A stretch of 64,000 bases of DNA, taken from the NCBI GenBank assembly GCA_963815215.1, contig CAWFFU010000010.1, forward strand, positions 128,001 through 192,000, in the 5' to 3' direction. Positions 19,464 through 28,056 of this stretch are shown here, piece after piece. Made by a program: the position numbers and the translations under genes. Source of the stretch: an uncultured Trueperaceae bacterium. GTDB lineage: Bacteria; Deinococcota; Deinococci; Deinococcales; Trueperaceae. The notes under the pieces were generated by a model. It was not told where the DNA came from and searched no databases. It saw only the letters and a list, made by a program, of their open reading frames with translations. Each line of letters starts with the position of its first letter. The stretch's first letter is position 1.

Positions 19464-20749
19464 GCGGCCGGCTCCTTCTGGGCCAGCAGCGCGTCGAGGG
19501 CGTCGAGGGCGGCGGCCTCGAGCAGCGCGGCGACGCGTTCCTCATCGGGGGGCGCGGCTCCGGTCGCGCTGAGGTGGCGCCGCCGGGGCACTTCGGCGAG
19601 CCGCCGGCTCGCCACCCGGAGCAGCGCCTGTCGCGCCTCCGGCTCGCCCCGCCCCTGCAGCAGCAGCAGCTTGCGGGCGAGCAGGCCCACCGGATCGGCG
19701 CTGCGCGCCAGCGCCGCGAGGTCCCGTTCGGGGAGGGCCTTCAGCGAGACGGCGTGCACGAAGTAGGACGTGCCGTCCTGAGGGTAGAGCCCCGATCGCG
19801 GGTCGGCGGCGGCCAACGCCTGGGCCACGCCGGCGCGCAGGGCCGTGCGTCCGGTCAGAAGCAGGCGACATCCGACGGCGGCCGCGTGGAACGGCGCCTC
19901 GGCGAGGGCGGCATGGAGCGCGTCGATCGCCGCCGTGATGCGTACGGTGACGTCGGCCGGGTCGGCGAGCCCGTCGAGCGGCACGTCCAAGGTCTCCCAG
20001 CGCAAGGGCGCGAGCGGAAGGGCGCTCAACTCCAGCGCGCCGCCTGAGTCCACCTCCAGCAGCCAGGCGCCGTGCGGTCCCGGCTCGCCCGGGTCGGTGC
20101 CTACCAGCGAGCCGAGGTAGCCGATCGGCCTCGGGCCCGCGGTGATGTCGGGTCGGTGGACGTGCCCCAGCAGCCAGGCGTCGACCGGTGCCGCCAGCAG
20201 GTCGGCGGACCGGACCGGCGCGTAGCGGCTCCCCGTCTGGTCGCGATCGGCATGCAACAGACCGATGGTGGTCTCGGGGCCGCGGGCCGGGAGCCCCGCC
20301 GCCAGCGGGTCGTCGGGAGCCACGCGTTCGGGGAACGACCAGCCGAGCACGCGCACGCGTACGCCGTCGGCGCCTTGCAGCACGTGGCCTTGCCAGCGCC
20401 CGTCGCGGCCGAGCAGGGTGAAGCCGGGCACGGCCCCGGCCAGCCGCGGCAGCACCTGGACGTCGTGGTTGCCGGCGATGCCGAGGACCGGGATGCCCGC
20501 CTCGGCGAGCCGCTCGACGCCCTGCCGCAGGTCCGCGAACGCCTCGAAGAAGTCGTCGTCCCGGTCGACGACGTCGCCGGCCAGGAGCAGCCCGTCGACG
20601 CCGCGATCCAGCGCGACCTGTACCAGACGCCGCCACCCGGCTGCCGGGTCGAGGTCGTCGGCGTGGTCGGCCAGCCCGTCAGGCAGACGCGAGGGCCGCC
20701 GCCCAAGGTGGATGTCGGCCGCGCACAGGAGCCTCACGCCTCCCATCAT
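19460..20749 (-). CDS. yhaO: YhaO-like Mre11/SbcD metallophosphoesterase nuclease
   Basis: ADIHLG, AGDVVD, AGNHD, LGHVH; ATGA overlap with the ATPase; start could be 20749, 20746 or GTG 20737. Confidence 0.85.
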   Translation of the reverse strand: MMGGVRLLCAADIHLGRRPSRLPDGLADHADDLDPAAGWRRLVQVALDRGVDGLLLAGDVVDRDDDFFEAFADLRQGVERLAEAGIPVLGIAGNHDVQVLPRLAGAVPGFTLLGRDGRWQGHVLQGADGVRVRVLGWSFPERVAPDDPLAAGLPARGPETTIGLLHADRDQTGSRYAPVRSADLLAAPVDAWLLGHVHRPDITAGPRPIGYLGSLVGTDPGEPGPHGAWLLEVDSGGALELSALPLAPLRWETLDVPLDGLADPADVTVRITAAIDALHAALAEAPFHAAAVGCRLLLTGRTALRAGVAQALAAADPRSGLYPQDGTSYFVHAVSLKALPERDLAALARSADPVGLLARKLLLLQGRGEPEARQALLRVASRRLAEVPRRRHLSATGAAPPDEERVAALLEAAALDALDALLAQKEPAA

Positions 20750-20780
20750 GCCTGCTCCGCCGGTCCATGTACCGTAGGGC

Positions 20781-21911
20781 ATGGCCGCACGCCGCCTGCT
20801 GCTCGCCGTCCCCGCGCTCGCCCTGCTGTTCCTCACGGCCTGCGTGCCGAGCGTCTACGACCATCCCTACCCGGTGAGGCCGGTCGAGCTACCGCGCGAT
20901 CAGGCGGCCCACGCCGCTCCGATCGAGTGGTGGTACTACACCGGGCACCTGACCGACCCGCAGGGGCGGCACTACGGGTTCGAGCTCACCTTCTTCAAGG
21001 CCTACCCGCCTCCATCGATGAAGGCGTTCGGGCCGGTGCCGATGTCGATGATCATGGAGAAGGCGTTCGTGGGGCACTTCGCGGTGACCGATCCGTCCCG
21101 GAAGACCTTCGCGAGCGCCCAGAAGTCGACGGCCTGGGGCTACCAGGGGGGCGCCTCGAAGGACCGTTTCGACGTCTACGTCGCGGATTGGTTCGCCCGC
21201 AACGTGCCCGGCAGCAAGGCCCAGCACATCCACGCCGGGGGCGACGGCTACAGCCTCGACTTGACCCTCGATCCACAGAAGCCCGCGGCGCTCCACGGCG
21301 ACCCGCCCGGCATCCAGTCGATGGGTCCCGGCGGTACCAGCTACTACGTCTCGTACACCCGCATGGCCGTCACGGGGACGCTGGGCGTCGACTGCACCTT
21401 CTTCGGCTGCCGCGACCTGAAGGTCACCGGTCTCGCCTGGCACGACCACCAGTGGGGCGACTTCAAGATGACCGGCTACGCCGGCTGGGACTGGTACAGC
21501 CTGCAGTTCAACGACGACACCGAGCTCATGCTCTACCTCATCCGCGGCCAGGACGGGGGTTACGCCACGGCGGCGGGGAGCTTCGTGACGAAGGACGGGC
21601 GCACCGTCCACCTCACGGCTCGGGACTTCGAGGTCACCCCCACGGGCGAGACCTGGACCAGCCCTACCACCGGCGCGGTGTACCCCTTGAGCTGGAGGGT
21701 TCGCGTGCCCCGCTTCGGTATCGACGTGAACGTGACGCCGGTGATGAAGGACCAGGAGATGAACACCCGGTCGACCACCGGCATCGCCTACTGGGAGGGC
21801 GACGTACGCGTTGCGGGCTCGACGCCGGGCGTGGGGTACGTCGAGCTCACCAACTACGACCGCCATCCCTTCCGGGGCGGTTCGAGCTCGTCCTCGAAGG
21901 CGGGGCCCTGA
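20781..21911 (+). CDS. Lipoprotein, AttH/CrtC-like lipocalin-fold family
   Basis: Lipobox LTAC; EWWYYTGHL, SYYVSYTR, AWHDHQWG, GWDWYSLQ, YWEG, GYVELT. Confidence 0.85.
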   Translation: MAARRLLLAVPALALLFLTACVPSVYDHPYPVRPVELPRDQAAHAAPIEWWYYTGHLTDPQGRHYGFELTFFKAYPPPSMKAFGPVPMSMIMEKAFVGHFAVTDPSRKTFASAQKSTAWGYQGGASKDRFDVYVADWFARNVPGSKAQHIHAGGDGYSLDLTLDPQKPAALHGDPPGIQSMGPGGTSYYVSYTRMAVTGTLGVDCTFFGCRDLKVTGLAWHDHQWGDFKMTGYAGWDWYSLQFNDDTELMLYLIRGQDGGYATAAGSFVTKDGRTVHLTARDFEVTPTGETWTSPTTGAVYPLSWRVRVPRFGIDVNVTPVMKDQEMNTRSTTGIAYWEGDVRVAGSTPGVGYVELTNYDRHPFRGGSSSSSKAGP

Positions 21912-21962
21912 GCTTTCACGAGCCGATGGCCCGGTCGGGTCTTCCATCGAGGCCGAACGGCG

Positions 21963-23273
21963 CTAGGGCGAGCGCCCTGCCGGCGCTGCGCCATCGGCCG
22001 CCGGCCGGGCCTGCCGCCGTCGCATGATCGCAAGGGCGGCCAGGACGAACCCGCTCGCCACCCAGAGCAGGCCGGCGTAGCCGGTGAGTGCGGCGATGAA
22101 CCCGCCCAGCAGCGAGCCGATGACCGCCGCCACGGCGCCCGAGGCGGCGTAGAGGCCCATCGCCTCGCCCTGGGGAAGGCTCGAGCTCTCCGCCGCGAGG
22201 TCGGAGCCGGACACCGCCAGCAGCGACCACGCCAGGACGACGAGCCCGAACCCGGCCACCGCCAGCCAGCCCCGCACCGCGACGTGGGTCAGGCCGACCA
22301 GGGTGAGGAATACGAGGGCCGCCAGGCGCAGGCCGAGGCCGGTCCGGTAGACCGCGCCGGCGCCCAGGCGCTTCGAGGCGCTCCCGGCCGGTCCGTAGAG
22401 CAGCAGGCCCACCGCGGCCGCGCCCGCGAACGCCCAGGAGGCCGCCCCCGTCTGGAGGCCGAAGACGTGCCCCATCACCAGTGGGTAGAAGGAGAACACG
22501 GCGGCGCTGCCGACGTTGCCGAGGAACCAGCTGCCGAGGAAGTCCAGGAAGGGGGAGCGGCCGCTCCGCACGAGCGTCGGCAGCTTCGCCAGCGCCCGCG
22601 TGAGGTGCGGCAGGTGCGCGTGACTCATCATCGTGCCGAGCACCAGGCCGCCATGGCGGGCGTGGTGGTCTCCGGCGACCGGCTGTTCCTTCGGCGTCGA
22701 CTTCGGCACGGCCCGGAACATGGCCGTTGCCAGCACGGCCGCGAAGGCCGCGAAGGCGAGGGCCAAGGTTGCGTGTGACCCGCCGAAGGCGCCGGCCAAC
22801 ACCAGGCCCGCGACCTGGCCCGCGCCGTAGAAGGTCTGCAGCCAACCGAAGCGGGCCCCCCACGACGCCCGCGGATGCCGCTCCGTGATGAACAGATTGG
22901 CGACGGTCGCGGTCGCCGACGCCGCCAGCCCGATGACCAGTGCCGTCAAGACGAACCAGCCCAGCTCGTGCCGGAGCGGGAACGCGCCGATGCCGGCGGC
23001 CAGGACCGCCAATCCCGAGGCGTACAGGGGGCGGTGCCATCCCGTCCTGTCCGCGAGCGAGCCCCACAGCGGCGCCGCCAGCATGCCGAGGTTGAACGCG
23101 GCCATGACCAGGCCGGGGGCGGTCGGGCCACCCGTGCGCTCGGCCAGCAGCGGCAGCACGATGGGCGCCACGCCCGAGATGACGAGCCCCAGCAGGGCAT
23201 AGGACAGGTACCAGCGCTGGATGGGTTGGGAAGTGTCGGTGACAGCGGTGGGCTTCGCCGGCGGACGTTCCAT
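21963..23273 (-). CDS. MFS transporter
   Basis: About 12 TM segments; WGSLADRTGWHR motif A; His-rich central loop; GAAGGAG RBS. Confidence 0.88.
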   Translation of the reverse strand: MERPPAKPTAVTDTSQPIQRWYLSYALLGLVISGVAPIVLPLLAERTGGPTAPGLVMAAFNLGMLAAPLWGSLADRTGWHRPLYASGLAVLAAGIGAFPLRHELGWFVLTALVIGLAASATATVANLFITERHPRASWGARFGWLQTFYGAGQVAGLVLAGAFGGSHATLALAFAAFAAVLATAMFRAVPKSTPKEQPVAGDHHARHGGLVLGTMMSHAHLPHLTRALAKLPTLVRSGRSPFLDFLGSWFLGNVGSAAVFSFYPLVMGHVFGLQTGAASWAFAGAAAVGLLLYGPAGSASKRLGAGAVYRTGLGLRLAALVFLTLVGLTHVAVRGWLAVAGFGLVVLAWSLLAVSGSDLAAESSSLPQGEAMGLYAASGAVAAVIGSLLGGFIAALTGYAGLLWVASGFVLAALAIMRRRQARPAADGAAPAGRSP

Positions 23274-23378
23274 GCGGTCACTCCTTCGCAGCGGAGGGCA
23301 GGGCGTCTCGCCCCCGGCGACCCAACCAGCTATAACAGACCGGTCCGAAACCACCGGTAGTCGGCGGCGTGGACGCGG

Positions 23379-23392
23379 AGGGCATCTGACCC
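23379..23392. promoter_or_regulatory. DevR/DosR-like box between divergent MFS and P-type ATPase genes
   Basis: Minus strand GGGTC-AGAT-GCCCT, one mismatch to GGGNC-N4-GNCCC; 23 nt upstream of TAGCAT (23416). Confidence 0.4.
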
Positions 23393-23564
23393 TTCCCGCT
23401 GCGCACACCCGGCGCTAGCATGCCTTCGGCGTGGCGGCCCGCCGAGCCGCGGCACGTCCTGACGGAGTGTGTCCGCGTCCGCGGCCGACAACGTCGCCGC
23501 GGGGCTTCGGCCCAGCGGCCCCCGAGGCCGAGCGGACCGTCCACGCCGGGAAGAAGGCGTGTCG

Positions 23565-26123
23565 ATGGAAGGTTCGCGCCCTCGTTCGAAACGTTCGATC
23601 CCACTCCCGCGCAAGGCGCACGGTTCCGACAACACCGCGACTCCCTCCGGGGAGGACGCCAGGAAGCTGGCGGAGGTGCCCATCGAGGAGCTCTTCCGAC
23701 GCTTCGAGAGCACCCCCGACGGCCTGTCCTCCGAGGAGGCCGGCGCGCGTCTGGAGCGCTACGGCCGGAACTCGGTCGAGGACAAGCACGAGAGCGCACT
23801 CCTGAAGCTGCTCGGCTTCTTCTGGGGGCCGATCGCCTGGATGATCGAGGTGGCGGCCGTGCTGTCAGCGGTGGTCGGTCACTGGACCGACCTCATCGTC
23901 ATCGTGGTGCTGCTGCTGTTCAACGCCCTGGTCGGGTTCTGGCACGAGTTCCAGGCGTCGAATGCGGTGGAGGCGCTGAAGAAGCAGCTCGCGCTACACG
24001 CGCGCGCACGCCGCGACGGGCGCTGGGTCCAGCTCGACGCGGAGGAGCTGGTGCCGGGCGACATCGTGCGGCTGCGGCTCGGCGACGTGGTGCCGGCCGA
24101 CGTCAAGCTGGACCAAGGCGACTATCTGTCGATCGACCAGTCCGCGTTGACCGGCGAGTCGTTGCCGGTCGACAAGGCGCCCGGGGATCTAGGCTTCTCC
24201 GGCTCGGTGGTGCGCCAGGGCGAGATGTCGGGACTGGTCGTCGCTACCGGCGGGAACACGTTCTTCGGCCGGACGGCGCAGCTCGTGGCGGGCGCCAAGT
24301 CCGAATCGCACTTCCAGCGGGCCATCCTGTCGATCGGCGACTACCTGATCTACCTGAGCCTCGGCCTGGTAGCGGTGCTGGTCGTGGTCGAGCTCTTCCG
24401 CGGAACGCCGTTCCTGGAGCTGGCGCAGTTCGCGCTGATCCTGACGGTGGCGTCGATCCCGGTAGCGATGCCGGCGGTGCTCAGCGTCACCATGGCGATC
24501 GGCGCGATGGTGCTGGCACGCATGAAGGCCATCGTGGCGCGCCTCGAATCGATCGAGGAGATGGCCGGCATGGACGTGCTGTGCTCGGACAAGACCGGCA
24601 CGCTCACGATGAACGAGTTGAAGCTCGGCGAGCCGGTGCTGTTCGCAGACGCCGACGAAGCGACCCTGCTGACCGCCGCGGCGCTCGCCTCCGACGAGGC
24701 CAACGCCGACGCCATCGACCAGGCGGTGTTGGCGGGCGCCGAGGGGGCGGGTGCGGCGGCGAGCGGCTTCCAGCGCGAGAGCTACGTGCCCTTCGACCCG
24801 GTCAAGAAGCGCAGCGAAGCCCGTGCAACGTCTCCTGAGGGGGTGTCCTGGCGCGTGACCAAGGGTGCGGCGCAGGCCGTACTGGCTCTCGTCGACCTCG
24901 ATGAGAGCGCCCTGCACGAGGTACAGGCGAAGGTGGGCGAGCTCGCTCACCACGGCTACCGGACTCTTGCGGTGGCCCGCGCGGTGGGCACGGAACCGTG
25001 GCGGATCCTGGGGTTGCTGGCGCTGTCCGATCCACCGCGCAGCGACTCCGCCGAGACGATCCGCCAAGCGCGCGAGCACGGCATCGAGGTCAAGATGGTC
25101 ACCGGCGACAACCTCGCCATCGGTAAGCAGATCGCCGGCGACCTGTCGCTGGGGACCGATCTGTTGCCGGCCGGCCACCTGTTCGAGGAGGGGCATCCGG
25201 AGCAGGATACGAACACCTGGGTCGAACGGGCCGATGGCTTCGCCGAGGTCTTCCCGGAGCACAAGTACCGCATCGTGAAGGCGCTGCAGGCGAGGGGACA
25301 CATCGTCGGCATGACAGGCGACGGCGTCAACGACGCACCGGCCCTGAAGCAGGCCGACGTCGGCATCGCCGTGAGTGGCGCCACCGACGCCGCGCGCAGC
25401 GCGGCCGACCTGGTGCTCACCGCGCCGGGACTGTCGGTCATCGTGCGGGCGGTGGAGGAGGCCCGGCGCACCTTCGAGCGGATGAACTCCTACGCCATCT
25501 ACCGCATCACCGAGACGATCCGCATCATCTTCTTCGTCACGCTGGCGATGATCGTCTTCCGTACCTACCCGATCACCGCCATCATGGTCATCCTGCTCGC
25601 GCTGTTGAACGACCTCCCGATCCTCACGATCGCGTTCGATCGGACGGAGCTCGCCGACAACCCGGTGCGCTGGGACATGCGGCGCGTGCTCACCATGGCG
25701 ACGGTGCTCGGGCTGGTGGGGGTCGTGGAGACGTTCGCGCTGCTGGCGCTGGCGCGTGCCTACCTGCCGCTGGACGCCAGCCAACTGCAGACGCTCATCT
25801 ACCTCAAGCTCGCGGTCGCCGGCCACCTGACCCTGTTCGTGGCCCGCCAGCGCGGCTTCTTCCTGTCCCGGCCGTTCCCGGCTCCGACGCTGCTCGTCGC
25901 CATCCTTGGCACGCAGGCGATCGCGGTGCTGATCGTCGGCTTCGGCGTGTTCGTCGCCGCCATCCCGTGGTGGACCGTCGGGGTGGTGTGGGTGTACTGC
26001 CTGGCGTTCGTGTTCATCGAGGACGCGCTCAAGCTCGCCGTGTACCGCACCCTCGATCTCGGCGGGCCGGGGCACCGCAGCTTCATGCGCCGGCTGCAGC
26101 AGAGGCTGCACAGTCACGCCTAG
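23565..26123 (+). CDS. Proton-efflux P-type ATPase (P3A type)
   Basis: DQSALTGESLPV, IPVAMPAVLSVTMAIGA, CSDKTGTLT, MTGDGVNDAPALK, ALLND in M6. Confidence 0.9.
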   Translation: MEGSRPRSKRSIPLPRKAHGSDNTATPSGEDARKLAEVPIEELFRRFESTPDGLSSEEAGARLERYGRNSVEDKHESALLKLLGFFWGPIAWMIEVAAVLSAVVGHWTDLIVIVVLLLFNALVGFWHEFQASNAVEALKKQLALHARARRDGRWVQLDAEELVPGDIVRLRLGDVVPADVKLDQGDYLSIDQSALTGESLPVDKAPGDLGFSGSVVRQGEMSGLVVATGGNTFFGRTAQLVAGAKSESHFQRAILSIGDYLIYLSLGLVAVLVVVELFRGTPFLELAQFALILTVASIPVAMPAVLSVTMAIGAMVLARMKAIVARLESIEEMAGMDVLCSDKTGTLTMNELKLGEPVLFADADEATLLTAAALASDEANADAIDQAVLAGAEGAGAAASGFQRESYVPFDPVKKRSEARATSPEGVSWRVTKGAAQAVLALVDLDESALHEVQAKVGELAHHGYRTLAVARAVGTEPWRILGLLALSDPPRSDSAETIRQAREHGIEVKMVTGDNLAIGKQIAGDLSLGTDLLPAGHLFEEGHPEQDTNTWVERADGFAEVFPEHKYRIVKALQARGHIVGMTGDGVNDAPALKQADVGIAVSGATDAARSAADLVLTAPGLSVIVRAVEEARRTFERMNSYAIYRITETIRIIFFVTLAMIVFRTYPITAIMVILLALLNDLPILTIAFDRTELADNPVRWDMRRVLTMATVLGLVGVVETFALLALARAYLPLDASQLQTLIYLKLAVAGHLTLFVARQRGFFLSRPFPAPTLLVAILGTQAIAVLIVGFGVFVAAIPWWTVGVVWVYCLAFVFIEDALKLAVYRTLDLGGPGHRSFMRRLQQRLHSHA

Positions 26124-26200
26124 CGGGACGATCGGAATGGGACGTTTGACTGGTGGTCCCGTTCGCCGGAAGTGCCGTCTGGAGCCCGTGATCTGACCTT

Positions 26201-26221
26201 GTGTAGGAGTTTCTCCTACAC
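26201..26221. promoter_or_regulatory. Perfect palindrome upstream of the response regulator
   Basis: GTGTAGGAG-ttt-CTCCTACAC. Confidence 0.5.
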
Positions 26222-26364
26222 GGTCGTCCCGGATGCCCCCGACCGGCGCGTGCGGTCTGCGCGCCACCCTGGGAGAAGGCAACGGTCCGGCCGGCCGGGC
26301 GCGTTCGTCCCAGACGGGCGGGCGGCCCGCCGGCCCGCGCCATCGGTCCACCGGGAGACGGGGT

Positions 26365-27081
26365 ATGGGCATGGTCGGCATCAGCAGCGGCAGGATCGGG
26401 ACGTACGCGCGCCGCGCGCAGGCGCAGGTGCCGGGGACGGCGCAGGTGCGGGTGTTGCTCGGCGCGCCTCAACGGATGATGCGGCAGGCATTGACGTCCG
26501 CGCTCGGCGGTCACGCCAGGCTGCGCATGGTGGGGGATGTGGGCAACGGCAAGGATGCGTTGCGGTGGGCGCTGGAAGTGCGCCCCGACATCACCCTCCT
26601 CGACCAGGGCCTGGGAACGGTGGACGGGGTCCACGCCGCGTTCGCCATCCATTCCGAGGATCCCGCGCTCAAGCTGGTGCTGCTCAGCGACGGGTACGTC
26701 GATCCCGTGGAGGTCGCCGAGCTCGAGCCGGTCACGGCCGCACGGGTGTCGAAGCGGCTGGACATGCAGGCGCTGGTCGACGTGCTGGTCCGGGTGGCGG
26801 AGGGGGAACGTCCGGGCACGGTGCCCGCCGCCATGGTGGCGGCGCCCCCACCGATGGCTTCGCCGCGTCACGGACTCAAGGCCTCGGAACAGGTGCTGCT
26901 CGAGTTCCTGGTCGACGGCAACGACAACCGCATGATGGCCGACCGCCTCGGCTGCACCGAGAAGACCGTGCGCAACCGCCTCAGCGACCTGTATGCCAAG
27001 CTGAACCTGCACAACCGCACGCAGGCGGCGTTGTACGCCGTCCGCACCGGTCTGGTCGATCCGGCGAAGGCGGAGGCCTGA
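26365..27081 (+). CDS. NarL/LuxR-family response regulator, atypical receiver, no adjacent kinase
   Basis: PDITLLD receiver segment; HTH DNRMMADRLGCTEKTVRNRLSDLYAKLNLHNRTQAALYA; start uncertain. Confidence 0.82.
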   Translation: MGMVGISSGRIGTYARRAQAQVPGTAQVRVLLGAPQRMMRQALTSALGGHARLRMVGDVGNGKDALRWALEVRPDITLLDQGLGTVDGVHAAFAIHSEDPALKLVLLSDGYVDPVEVAELEPVTAARVSKRLDMQALVDVLVRVAEGERPGTVPAAMVAAPPPMASPRHGLKASEQVLLEFLVDGNDNRMMADRLGCTEKTVRNRLSDLYAKLNLHNRTQAALYAVRTGLVDPAKAEA

Positions 27082-27123
27082 CGAGCGGGCCCCGCCGTCC
27101 CGCGCCGCACGCCACCGTCGACG

Positions 27124-28056
27124 TCACGCGCGGCTCGACGCCCGCGCCCGGGCGGCGCCGGCGGCGCGCTCCGTGCCCGGCCGGCGAGGGGGCGCGGCCA
27201 CGCTCACCCGTTGCTCCCCCGCGTACACGTTGAAGCGCCGGTCGCGCAGGAAGCCTACCAGCGTGACGCCGAAGCGCTCGGCCACCTCGACGGCAAGGCT
27301 GGACGGCGCCGACACGGCGGCGACGAACGGCACGCCGGCCGCCACCGCCTTCTGCAACAGCTCGAAACTCGCCCGCCCGCTCACGCAGACCAGACGCTCC
27401 GCGAGCGGCAGGCGGTCCTCCAGCAACGCCCACCCCAGCAGCTTGTCGAGGGCGTTGTGCCGGCCCACGTCCTCGCGCAGGGCGACCAGCGTCCCGTCGG
27501 GCTCGAACAGGCCGGCGGCGTGGAGGCCCCCGGTGCGCCCGAACAGCGCCTGCGCCTCGCGGAGCCGCGCCGGCAACGACTCGAGCACGCCCGCCGTCAC
27601 CGACGGACCGCGCCCCAGAGGCGCCGGGCAGCGCACCTCGAGCGCATCCAGGTGCGCCTTGCCGCATACGCCGCAGGCGCTGGTCATGGTGAAGTGCCGC
27701 TCGAGCCGCTCCAGTGCCGGCAGCTCGGCGGCGCGCAGGTGCACGTTGACGACGTTGCCACGCTCCGCCTCGGGAACGGCGGCGCAGTAGCGGAGGCTCC
27801 GGAGCTCCTCGCGAGCACGGACGATGCCCTCGCCGTGGAGGAAGCCGGCTGCCAGCTCGAAGTCGTCCCCGGGGGTGCGCATGGTGACGGCGACGGTGGT
27901 GCCTCGGTGCGCCGCGGTGCGCCCTCCGGACCCGCTCACAAGGCGGATCTCGAGGGGTTCCTCGGCGGCGATGGCGTCACCCTCGGGCGGCCGCCGCTCC
28001 TCGCCCACGACGCGCGTGACCGTCACGCGCCGGGTCGGCCGGGTCGCCCCCCTCAT
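27124..28056 (-). CDS. fdhD: Formate dehydrogenase accessory sulfurtransferase
   Basis: TMRTPGDDFELAAGFL, SACGVCGK, TGGLHAA, EDVGRHNALDK, VSAPSSLAV. Confidence 0.95.
   Translation of the reverse strand: MRGATRPTRRVTVTRVVGEERRPPEGDAIAAEEPLEIRLVSGSGGRTAAHRGTTVAVTMRTPGDDFELAAGFLHGEGIVRAREELRSLRYCAAVPEAERGNVVNVHLRAAELPALERLERHFTMTSACGVCGKAHLDALEVRCPAPLGRGPSVTAGVLESLPARLREAQALFGRTGGLHAAGLFEPDGTLVALREDVGRHNALDKLLGWALLEDRLPLAERLVCVSGRASFELLQKAVAAGVPFVAAVSAPSSLAVEVAERFGVTLVGFLRDRRFNVYAGEQRVSVAAPPRRPGTERAAGAARARASSRA

Noticed and set aside
15852..20749. Wadjet, Lamassu or other defence system
   Set aside because: Only a two-gene YhaO/YhaN pair; no kleisin, KITE or effector genes and no mobile context
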